Shown here piece by piece: positions 19,914 to 28,316 of a stretch of DNA of 64,000 nt. Each line of letters begins with the position of its first letter. The stretch's first letter is position 1. The DNA is from Alphaproteobacteria bacterium (GTDB lineage Bacteria; Pseudomonadota; Alphaproteobacteria; RF32; CAG-239), in contig JAFUSH010000040.1 of assembly GCA_017471705.1 (NCBI GenBank), forward strand, positions 19,915-83,914. Direction: 5' to 3'. The notes under the pieces were generated by a model that had not been told where the DNA came from, did no database searches, and saw nothing but the letters and a program-made list of their open reading frames with translations. Made by a program: the position numbers and the translations under genes.

Positions 19914-20687
19914 TCATTTTTTAAGACTTTGCAGATAATTTTGATACCAATTTTCGGCATTGGTCAGATAAGCACGGCACTTATTTATATCAAAATGCGT
20001 AAATTCATCTTCCAATCCCTTGTGGGCATCAATGTAAACATCTTGCATACAGTAGCCTTTTTTGTTGGTTTGGGCTATTTTATGCAATTCTTGCTCAACA
20101 TTATCCGGAGTGATTCCTCCGGCGTATCCCTGCAGTACATCTATAAAGGCCGGTTCATCACGGGTAGCGGGAACAATTCCGGCTCCGAATGATTCATCAA
20201 ACAGGCAATCAAATTTGACATTGCGTATATACAGCTCTTGAATCAAACGTTTGTTGCTCTGATTGTATGAAAGAATGAAGCGGTGGCGCGGAAAACGACG
20301 GATAACCTTTTCCAGTTTGTCAATATCAGGTGTTTTTTCTCTGCCGATTTTGAAGTTTAATTGTACCCTTTGAAAAAACGGCGAATCGTCATTGTAATCA
20401 AAAAGTAAGAATTCTTCCAGTTCGGGAGCGACAATCCCCTGACCAAAATCCTCAACCCATTGCAAATTGACGTGCAAAGCAGCATTAATGGTTGTACGTC
20501 GGTGCAACAATAAACCCCACAATGAATAAATCCAATCATAACGGGGAGTACCGTAGGCGGCTTTTTTGTTTGATACCTGCACGCCTATTTCCGCGCGCGG
20601 AAATTCATTTAACAAGTTTAAAAGTTCGGGAATGGAAGTTGTTTCATTACAACCCGAACAGGTAATAAATTTCAGTTTCATACTCAC
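19914..20687 (-). CDS. TIM-barrel protein distantly resembling phosphoribosylanthranilate isomerase (TrpF-like), orphan
   Basis: 257 aa. LFDESFGAGIV...LQGYAGGITPDNV...IDAHKGLE parallels the PRAI pattern D.G.GG.G..F.W...LAGGL..DNV...D..SGVE. No other trp genes are nearby. Confidence 0.5.
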   Translation of the reverse strand: MSMKLKFITCSGCNETTSIPELLNLLNEFPRAEIGVQVSNKKAAYGTPRYDWIYSLWGLLLHRRTTINAALHVNLQWVEDFGQGIVAPELEEFLLFDYNDDSPFFQRVQLNFKIGREKTPDIDKLEKVIRRFPRHRFILSYNQSNKRLIQELYIRNVKFDCLFDESFGAGIVPATRDEPAFIDVLQGYAGGITPDNVEQELHKIAQTNKKGYCMQDVYIDAHKGLEDEFTHFDINKCRAYLTNAENWYQNYLQSLKK

Positions 20688-20843
20688 ATATTAATTTGTA
20701 AAACAATAATCAAAAAAAACAGAGGCATTATACAATTCAGCTCTTATTTGTCAAGGTGCAAATTTATGTTTGACAAGCTTGCCATATAAGAGTAAACTAA
20801 AGAATTAGAGTAAAAATTAAAAAGATATAAATTTTGTATAATT

Positions 20844-21935
20844 ATGGATGAAAATGAAATGGTAAAGCGTGCCTTCAAAGAAGCCACGCCTGTCGCTCGC
20901 AGAGTTGCTGCGCAGCGTATGAGAGACGGTAAATCTTTTGCCGAAATCGAAGACGAATTTATCAATATTATAGGTATTGAAAGTCCGTTGTATGATTCGA
21001 TGAAAGAATCTCTGGTTGACCACATTCAGCGTCACGGTCTTAATGCAGTTGCATTGGAATACTTTGATGAGTTTGTGCAGGTAGAATATTTTACCAAGCA
21101 CGCTTATCAAAAAGTTCTTAAAAAAGTTCGTCACGCGTATGTGGATATGGAACACCGAATTAACGATGCGGATGCCAAGATTGCCAAAGCAGGTGATAAT
21201 TATCTTGAAAAAAACAAACTGGAACAAGAGAAAAAGAAACTTGACACGTCATTGAAAAATTTGGAGTATCTGATTTCTAAAATTACGGAATATCTGCAAA
21301 AAGTCGATGATTTGTCTTCTGTTGTTTATGATATGATAATGCAAGGTAAGTCACCTGATTTTGAAGCTTGGCGTGATAAGATGATTATTCAGGATATTTT
21401 GTTTGAAGAAAACAAACAGTTCTTGAAACAATCATTGCATCATCTGGCTGTTTTGGAACAAAATAAGTGTAAATTAGGCGTAGATGATTTGCGTTTGCTT
21501 TTGTACCATAAACAGGGTTGTCGTCGCGAGAAACTTTATCGCAAGGTTGAGGAATGGATAATTAAAATCTATTATTCGCTGGATACGGAAGATGAACGTC
21601 GTTATATCTATAAAGATATATGTTTGTTCATTGAAGAGGTTGTCCCTATGGCCGGATATATTTCGCCGATGATTATTCATTTTATCCTTGACCGTGATTT
21701 CGTCAGTGAGGATAGCCGTAATTTGTTGATGAAAATAAAGCCTGTAGTTGCTCATTTGTATATGACATCGCTGATTGTAACTCCGCTTCGCCGGATGTAT
21801 GATAGAGCGGTTGAGAATTTGAGCAAAGAATCATTGAGCGAATCCGATATTTATGTGATGGAAGTTATGAAGCTCTATAATCCTAAAATTGTTTCGGATG
21901 TTGTCAACGAATTTTTGAGCAGCAGATCTCATTAA
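20844..21935 (+). CDS. Hypothetical protein (363 aa, helical, cytoplasmic)
   Basis: Long ORF with host-like composition and its own terminator. I recognise no motif. Confidence 0.6.
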   Translation: MDENEMVKRAFKEATPVARRVAAQRMRDGKSFAEIEDEFINIIGIESPLYDSMKESLVDHIQRHGLNAVALEYFDEFVQVEYFTKHAYQKVLKKVRHAYVDMEHRINDADAKIAKAGDNYLEKNKLEQEKKKLDTSLKNLEYLISKITEYLQKVDDLSSVVYDMIMQGKSPDFEAWRDKMIIQDILFEENKQFLKQSLHHLAVLEQNKCKLGVDDLRLLLYHKQGCRREKLYRKVEEWIIKIYYSLDTEDERRYIYKDICLFIEEVVPMAGYISPMIIHFILDRDFVSEDSRNLLMKIKPVVAHLYMTSLIVTPLRRMYDRAVENLSKESLSESDIYVMEVMKLYNPKIVSDVVNEFLSSRSH

Positions 21936-21941
21936 AAAAAG

Positions 21942-21985
21942 ACGATTGTTTATATGTTTTCGGACATATAACAATCGTTTTTTTT
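21942..21985 (+). terminator. Intrinsic terminator
   Basis: ACGATTGTtTATATGT / ACATATAACAATCGT stem with one bulge, followed by T8. Confidence 0.6.
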
Positions 21986-22246
21986 GTTATTTGGTTTTAG
22001 ATTGATTGAATTTAGAGTTTGCAGATATATATAGACTGTGTTCGCAAACGGCAGTGATGTTCTTTAAGCAATTAAATTCTAAATTGTTCGTTTGGAATCG
22101 GCACAAAAAAGCATCGTAAAAGATTAAATAATCGAAAAAGATTATTTTACCGAGTATGCTGCGTGTCAGGCCTTGTTTGTGATGTTATTTAGATAAGGTT
22201 TGGTATATTCTTATCATATTATCTTTTGAACCATAAAAAGGCGGAG

Positions 22247-22277
22247 AAGGGAGCGTTTTTTATGCTCCCTTTTTTGT
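22247..22277 (+). terminator. Orphan intrinsic terminator in a 420-nt intergenic region
   Basis: AAGGGAGC (22247-22254) pairs with GCTCCCTT (22264-22271). A T-run follows. No CDS lies upstream of it. Confidence 0.55.
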
Positions 22278-22354
22278 TGAGATGTATAAAATTATAAAAA
22301 TTGTTTTCTTTTGTATTTATAAAGGTATACTCGGACTATCGGTGGAGGTTGAAA

Positions 22355-23185
22355 ATGGTAAGAATATTTTACGGTATGTTATTTTTGTGCGGATTGATTT
22401 TTTCGGCAAATGCACAAGAGGCAGAGGTTTCAACGGCAGAATCTTCGGGTGAAATTCAGGAAACACAGGATGTAAATTCTTCGGAAGAAACTGTTTCAGA
22501 ACAATCGGTGGAAGAAGAACCGGAAGAAGAGGTCGTTTATGTTGATGCCGAAGTTTTTTCTCCGTCTTTTATGAAAAGTTTGCTGGAGTGTAAACCGGAT
22601 ACAGAAAGTAACTCTGAAAATCAGGTTGAGATTGCAGGTAAAAAAGACCAACGTTGTCTGATAAAATATGCTAATTTTGATTTGAACGTTCCGTTTACAT
22701 TGTTGGGTAATATTCATAGTTTTGAAGATGTGGAAACACTTTTGAAAAATAAAGATATTGCGCATTATAATTATCGCGCCGATTATATTTATGACGGTTT
22801 GGTTTATGCTTTGTCGGCGTGTTCTGATAAGAAAGACTATTATGGTAAACAGGAAGAATTATCCGATGAATATGTTACAATAATCAGAGGGCTGAGTTCA
22901 GAATTTATAAACGGTATATGCACGATAAATTTACAAAATACACAAAGCATTGAAGGGGTTGACAGTGATTTCGGAGTTATTTGCACTTTACCATACAAGG
23001 AAATAAAAAATTTGGAGCCGTATTTTAAGGATATAGTGGAAAAATACGGAGAAAAACGCGGTTTCGGAGCCGATGGACATATTATGGTAAAACCGGCGGA
23101 ACAAAATAAGACGACACACGAAGGTGATATAGCTCTGATGTATTATATGCAAAAAAACGGATTTTGTAAAAAGAATTCCGAATAA
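22355..23185 (+). CDS. Secreted hypothetical protein with an acidic N-terminal region
   Basis: Signal peptide MVRIFYGMLFLCGLIFSANA behind a GGTGGAGG SD. The start is ATG 22355, not TTG 22301. Confidence 0.65.
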   Translation: MVRIFYGMLFLCGLIFSANAQEAEVSTAESSGEIQETQDVNSSEETVSEQSVEEEPEEEVVYVDAEVFSPSFMKSLLECKPDTESNSENQVEIAGKKDQRCLIKYANFDLNVPFTLLGNIHSFEDVETLLKNKDIAHYNYRADYIYDGLVYALSACSDKKDYYGKQEELSDEYVTIIRGLSSEFINGICTINLQNTQSIEGVDSDFGVICTLPYKEIKNLEPYFKDIVEKYGEKRGFGADGHIMVKPAEQNKTTHEGDIALMYYMQKNGFCKKNSE

Positions 23186-23186
23186 G

Positions 23187-24113
23187 TCAGAGATAATGAA
23201 TAGCTTCGAGAGCGGCTTTTGCTCCGCATCCGGCGGCAATTACAGCCTGCCGATAGGGAGTGCAAACATCACCGGCGGCAAAAACACCGGCAATATCGGT
23301 GGCGCAACTGTGTGCTTTTGTAACGATATATCCTCCGGCATCAAGATGTAAATAACGCCTGAACATTTCCGTGTTGGGATGATGTCCGATTGAAACAAAA
23401 ACACCGGCAATATCCAAATATTTGCGTTTATCGCTCTTAACGTTACGAATCTTGATACCGCTTACTTCCAACGGATTTTCCGTACCGATTATTTCATCAA
23501 CGACATTGTTCCAGAAGATAGTTATTTTGCGATTTTCAAATATACGTTGCTGCATAATTTGCTCGGCATTGAATGAGTGCCGGCGATGGATGATGTACAC
23601 TTTTTCCACGTAGTTAGTCAGGTACAAAGCTTGTTCAAGAGCGGAATTTCCGCCTCCGATTACGGCAACTTCTTTTCCGCGGTAAAAAAAACCGTCGCAG
23701 GTTGCGCAAGAAGAAACTCCGTGACCGATATATTTTTGTTCACTGGGTAATCCCAGCCATTTTACAGAGGCACCGGTTGCGATTATGATGGACTTTGATA
23801 TAAATGAGTTACCGCCGGCAGAACTGCAAACAAAGGGGTTATCATAAAAATCTACTTCGGTAATTTCATCGTCAATAAGCTTAACACCCATATTTACGGC
23901 TTGTTTATAAATACGTTCCATTAAATCAAAACCGCTCAGGGGTTCGGCAAAACCGGGAAAATTTTCTACCCAACCGGAGCGAATCAATTGTCCTCCTTTG
24001 TTCGCACCGGTTACAATCAGAGAATTTATACCGGCTCGCGCCGCATAAATTCCGGCGGTGTATCCGGCAGGTCCGGAGCCCATTATCAATAAATCAGATT
24101 TATATTCGGCCAT
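23187..24113 (-). CDS. trxB: Thioredoxin-disulfide reductase
   Basis: GSGPAGYTAGIYAARA FAD motif, CATCDG redox centre and GGGNSA NADPH motif. The start is MAEYKSD (24113), behind a GGAG SD. Confidence 0.9.
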   Translation of the reverse strand: MAEYKSDLLIMGSGPAGYTAGIYAARAGINSLIVTGANKGGQLIRSGWVENFPGFAEPLSGFDLMERIYKQAVNMGVKLIDDEITEVDFYDNPFVCSSAGGNSFISKSIIIATGASVKWLGLPSEQKYIGHGVSSCATCDGFFYRGKEVAVIGGGNSALEQALYLTNYVEKVYIIHRRHSFNAEQIMQQRIFENRKITIFWNNVVDEIIGTENPLEVSGIKIRNVKSDKRKYLDIAGVFVSIGHHPNTEMFRRYLHLDAGGYIVTKAHSCATDIAGVFAAGDVCTPYRQAVIAAGCGAKAALEAIHYL

Positions 24114-24267
24114 TTTTTTCTCCTTTTGCAACAAAAATAATTATATTCAGTGTTTTTTCAATGTTGCGCGATATATTTTTAAAAGCCCGAAAAAATAACT
24201 TGCTTTTCTGATAAAATTGATTAGATTGTAACCCAGACTATGGTAAAATTTTTTAAGGAGATATAAA

Positions 24268-24501
24268 ATGCCTTCAGTTATAAATGATTCTTGTATTAAA
24301 TGCGGTACTTGCGCCGGTATATGTCCGGTAAGCGCTATGCATTTGAGCGATAGCCAGATGGTTATTGATCCGGATACCTGCATTGATTGCGGCGCTTGCA
24401 TTGCGGAATGTCCGGTCAGTGCTATTTGCAATGATGCCGAAGCAACTCCGGAAGCAATCAGCTTTAATGCAGAGCAATCAAAAATTTGTCCGAGTGCATA
24501 G
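24268..24501 (+). CDS. 2x[4Fe-4S] ferredoxin
   Basis: 77 aa with CIKCGTCAGICP and CIDCGACIAECP. Confidence 0.85.
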   Translation: MPSVINDSCIKCGTCAGICPVSAMHLSDSQMVIDPDTCIDCGACIAECPVSAICNDAEATPEAISFNAEQSKICPSA

Positions 24502-24522
24502 TTTGGAAAGTTAATTAAAAAG

Positions 24523-24547
24523 CTCAGGCTCAGACCTGAGTTTTTTT
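24523..24547 (+). terminator. Intrinsic terminator after the ferredoxin gene
   Basis: CTCAGG-ctcaga-CCTGAG followed by T7. Confidence 0.6.
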
Positions 24548-24564
24548 ATACGAGAAATACCGAA

Positions 24565-25323
24565 ATGATTGACAATCACACCAATGATTATCTGCTGGAT
24601 AAAAAAATCAAAATATTTCAGCCATCGAACGGATATCGTGCATCTAGTGACGCGGTTTTACTTTCGGCTATGCCGGAAAACAGTCTGAAAAATGTTAAAA
24701 TTTTAGATGTAGGTTCGGGAACCGGTGCTGTTTCGCTTTGTTTGGCATATCGTCTGCAAAAAAATAATGTGCAAATATCCGGTTTTGAATTGCAGAAAGA
24801 ACTGGTCAACCTGTCAAATAAAAGCGCGGAAGCCAACGGGTTTGATTTTGTGCATTTCTATCTGGCGGATATAAGAAATAAGATTGAAATACCGGAATAT
24901 AAGCCGTGTTCGTTTGACGTTGTAATCAGCAATCCTCCTTACAGTGAGTGTGATATGCCGTCTCCGAATGAGTCAAAAGCCATTGCTCATAATCATCGCA
25001 ATTTCAGTTTAGATAACTGGTTGGCTTTTTGTCTGAAATCGCTTAAACCATTCGGAAAATTATATTTAATAAACCGAGCAGAAGCTCTGGCCGGTATTTG
25101 TTCTTTTTTGCAGAATAAGGCGGGAAATATTACGATTTTGCCCATATATTCAAAACAAGAGCAAGTTGCCAAAAGAGTTATTGTTGCGGCACAGAAAGAT
25201 TCTAAAGCTCCTTGTCGTATTTTACCACCTCTGATTATGCACGATTCTGCGGGAAACTATACGGCAGAGGGTGAAAAAATTTTAAGAAAAGGATTATCTT
25301 TCGGGGAATTAATCAATATTTAA
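24565..25323 (+). CDS. SAM-dependent N6-adenine methyltransferase, TrmN6/YfiC-like
   Basis: ILDVGSGTGAV SAM motif and the NPPY catalytic motif (ISNPPYSE). Confidence 0.65.
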   Translation: MIDNHTNDYLLDKKIKIFQPSNGYRASSDAVLLSAMPENSLKNVKILDVGSGTGAVSLCLAYRLQKNNVQISGFELQKELVNLSNKSAEANGFDFVHFYLADIRNKIEIPEYKPCSFDVVISNPPYSECDMPSPNESKAIAHNHRNFSLDNWLAFCLKSLKPFGKLYLINRAEALAGICSFLQNKAGNITILPIYSKQEQVAKRVIVAAQKDSKAPCRILPPLIMHDSAGNYTAEGEKILRKGLSFGELINI

Positions 25324-25379
25324 GTTTATTTTCATATTTGTTATGGTATAATATCGGCAGTTTGCTGAAAGAGGTGCTT

Positions 25380-26399
25380 ATGTTGAGATTTTTATTGATG
25401 TTGTTTTCAAGCTTGATGTTAAATATCAGTTTTTCTCAGGCCTTTATGCCGTCGTATCCTGACGGAGACGAGTATTTTAAATGTGTAAAAGCTACAAATG
25501 ATTATGAAGGCTGTGCAAGTGAACAGGCTCGTCAAAGATTGAATACGGTAAAAAAGGAGTACAGAACAATTCTTACAAATCCCAATATTGTGGGTTGGCA
25601 CGAAAAAATTTCCGATAATACCGTGACTCTCCGCGATATGTTTGAGAGTTGGACGGCTTTTCGCAATCGTTTATGTTCGCTTTCTAAAAAAGCGGCGAAG
25701 TATCTGGAACCTTTGATAGATGAAAAAATAGGATGTAATTCGTATTATATAACTCATCATCAAGATCATCTCAACAGCATTATATTATTGTTGACTAAAA
25801 ATGTTCCGCAAAAAAGAAAAGAATTTAATTATTTGAAAATATATGATCACGATGATGAATATGAAGAGTGTATGAAAGGAAAAAATAATTCGAAATGCTT
25901 AGATGAAGAATTGAAGCGTTCTTCCAAAGGGATCAAGAATTTGTATAAAACATTGCTGGAAGATAATTTTGTCGGCAAGTGGAATAACGGGCCGGATTTA
26001 AAAAACGGTAACTATCGTGATATGTATGACAGTTGGATTGCTTATCGTAATCGGATGTGCTCGCTTTCCGTGTGGGCATATCAGGTTGGGTACGGTAAAA
26101 ATGCATTGGGAGTAAATCAGTGTTTGCAATTTTTTAATCGCGAAAAGTTGGAAACCTTACAAAATTTATTAATGAGTGCAAATTCTGCTCTTGACGATGA
26201 ATATGATGAAGACTTTGACGATGACGGCGGTGAAGCTGAAGGTAAAACTATAAAGCCGCTGGAAAGACGCTTTGACACCGAACAAAAAGCGGAAGATGTG
26301 TTGGAATCCGAGGAAACGGCAGAGCCTTTAATCAAAAAAGCAGAGCCTAAAAAACAAGCTCCGCAGAAAAAAGTGGAAGTTCCTGCTTGGGCTAGATAA
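25380..26399 (+). CDS. Secreted protein with two tandem LprI/DUF1311-like domains and a charged tail
   Basis: Signal peptide MLRFLLMLFSSLMLNISFSQA. The C..C...Y..L......W.(A/Y)(F/R)NR(L/M)CSLS pattern occurs twice (WTAFRNRLCSLS and WIAYRNRMCSLS). Confidence 0.6.
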   Translation: MLRFLLMLFSSLMLNISFSQAFMPSYPDGDEYFKCVKATNDYEGCASEQARQRLNTVKKEYRTILTNPNIVGWHEKISDNTVTLRDMFESWTAFRNRLCSLSKKAAKYLEPLIDEKIGCNSYYITHHQDHLNSIILLLTKNVPQKRKEFNYLKIYDHDDEYEECMKGKNNSKCLDEELKRSSKGIKNLYKTLLEDNFVGKWNNGPDLKNGNYRDMYDSWIAYRNRMCSLSVWAYQVGYGKNALGVNQCLQFFNREKLETLQNLLMSANSALDDEYDEDFDDDGGEAEGKTIKPLERRFDTEQKAEDVLESEETAEPLIKKAEPKKQAPQKKVEVPAWAR

Positions 26400-26498
26400 A
26401 TATACATACCTGTTAGTATAAAATATTTGTTGCTATTTGCAAGAACAGCAGATATACGTACTTGAAGGTATAGGTATATGTATATGTAAGGATTGGAG

Positions 26499-27122
26499 AT
26501 GCGCAGAACCAAAGAAGATGCCGAACAAACCAGAAAAGCTATTTTGACTTCGGCGATGGATATTTTTTATGAGAAGGGATATTCCAAAACCACTTTTGAT
26601 GAAATTGCTAAACGAATAAATTTGACTAAAGGTGCGGTATATTGGTATTTCAGAAACAAACCGGACATTGTTGCCGCTTTGATAAATGATTTTACCGCTC
26701 AGTATTTGGGAAATGTAAAAGATTTTGTTGCGGCACATCAACCGGTAAGTTTTGAAAGTATTATTGAAATGCAGCTTTTCAATAATAAACAAATCAGAGA
26801 AGATAAACGGTTCTACAAATTTTTATTCTTTATATCTTGTCAAATGGAATGGAGCGAGGCTATTATCAATAAAATACAGCCTTCAATAGAACAAACCAAA
26901 CAAGTTACCCGTGCATTATTCATAGATGCCTTGCAAACTTTGCAAAAAGAAGAACAAATTCGTGCCGATGTGGATATAAGTCAAATATGTGAAATCTTGA
27001 TGACTATGTATGGCGGTATGTTGGAGGCTTATTTTACCAAACGTCTCACCAATGATTTTGATGAACTGGTGAGAAATGGTTTTTCGTTGATTTTTAACAA
27101 TATTAAGACAGAAGGTTATTAA
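26499..27122 (+). CDS. TetR-family transcriptional regulator
   Basis: The N-terminal segment TRKAILTSAMDIFYEKGYSKTTFDEIAKRINLTKGAVYWYF is a TetR HTH. Confidence 0.85.
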   Translation: MRRTKEDAEQTRKAILTSAMDIFYEKGYSKTTFDEIAKRINLTKGAVYWYFRNKPDIVAALINDFTAQYLGNVKDFVAAHQPVSFESIIEMQLFNNKQIREDKRFYKFLFFISCQMEWSEAIINKIQPSIEQTKQVTRALFIDALQTLQKEEQIRADVDISQICEILMTMYGGMLEAYFTKRLTNDFDELVRNGFSLIFNNIKTEGY

Positions 27123-27123
27123 A

Positions 27124-28299
27124 ATGAAAATTAATTATCCGAATTTAAAAGAAGTAAGTAAAAAAATTGCGTTATTTATCTTATGCGTAGCGATAGGTTG
27201 GTATTTGAAAGGCAGATTATCACCGAGCGGACAATCTATGGGGTACGGTATGGGCGAAGTTTATATTTTGGCTCAAAAGGCACAGACCAAGGATATATCA
27301 TCATCTAATAACAAAATTTCGTATATTGAAGCAATCAATGAAGTAAATTTACTGCCGCAAGTGACCGGCACTGTCGAAAATATATTATTTGAAGAAGGCA
27401 GCATAGTTAAAGAGGGGGATGTTTTATTTGAGATAGACCCTTCCAAATATCAAGCGGCATTCGATTTAGCCAAAGCAAAACTTGACAGCGCACAAGCCAA
27501 TTTGGTAAAGGCTGAAAGAGATTATAATCGACAAGTAAAATTAAGTGATGAAAAATTCGCTTCCAAAGCAACTTTTGATATGTCAGAAAGTGCGTATTTG
27601 CAAGCCAAAGCTGCCGTGGAAGAAGCTAAAGCCAATCTTGATGTGGCAACTATTGACTTGGATAATACCAAAGTTGTGGCTCCTATCAGCGGTAAGGTCG
27701 GTAAAGCGCTGGTAACAAAAGGAAATTATGTGGTAGCTTCAAATGTGGTGTTGGCTAAAATTGTGCAAATAAATCCGATACGCATAAGCTTTTCCCTAAC
27801 CGATAAAGAGATGGCCGCTCTTCAAACCAAGAATTATAAGGCAGAAGATTTAACGGCACAAGTTATTCTTCCTACGGGGGAAACAATACGTGAGAAAGTT
27901 GTTGCCACATTTTTTGACAATGCGGTCAATTCCAGCACCGCTACCTTGTCGGTATATGCCGATGTCGCCAATGAAGCGCACCGTCTTATTCCGGGAAATT
28001 ACGTACAATCAGCCATATCTGATAACAAACCGGTTCATTCGGTGGTGATTCCGCAATCAGCAATTAATTACGATAAAGACGGTGCGTACATTTATATTGC
28101 TAAAGTTAACAGTGATAAAAGTCAGGAAAATGATTTACACGGAATAGCGGAACAACGCCGCATTGTTCTTGGAGATACGATTACCGGTTCGGATCAAGCT
28201 GTAATCAGCGGTCTGAAAGAAGGAGAGTTGGTTGTTATACAAGGAAATGTTAAAATACAGAATAATTCGCAAATTAAAATCGGTTTGGTAGAAAAATAA
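27124..28299 (+). CDS. RND efflux periplasmic adaptor (membrane fusion protein)
   Basis: 391 aa with lipoyl / alpha-hairpin / beta-barrel layout (VKEGDVLFEIDP, coiled-coil AQANLVKAERDY, VVAPISGKVG). It starts 1 nt after TetR. Confidence 0.85.
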   Translation: MKINYPNLKEVSKKIALFILCVAIGWYLKGRLSPSGQSMGYGMGEVYILAQKAQTKDISSSNNKISYIEAINEVNLLPQVTGTVENILFEEGSIVKEGDVLFEIDPSKYQAAFDLAKAKLDSAQANLVKAERDYNRQVKLSDEKFASKATFDMSESAYLQAKAAVEEAKANLDVATIDLDNTKVVAPISGKVGKALVTKGNYVVASNVVLAKIVQINPIRISFSLTDKEMAALQTKNYKAEDLTAQVILPTGETIREKVVATFFDNAVNSSTATLSVYADVANEAHRLIPGNYVQSAISDNKPVHSVVIPQSAINYDKDGAYIYIAKVNSDKSQENDLHGIAEQRRIVLGDTITGSDQAVISGLKEGELVVIQGNVKIQNNSQIKIGLVEK

Positions 28300-28316
28300 A
28301 CAAAGGACAGTAGATA

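Noticed and set aside
20817-21227. 136-aa minus-strand ORF
   Set aside because: It overlaps the 5' part of the better-supported 363-aa plus-strand gene and the divergent promoter region. It has AT-rich shadow composition.
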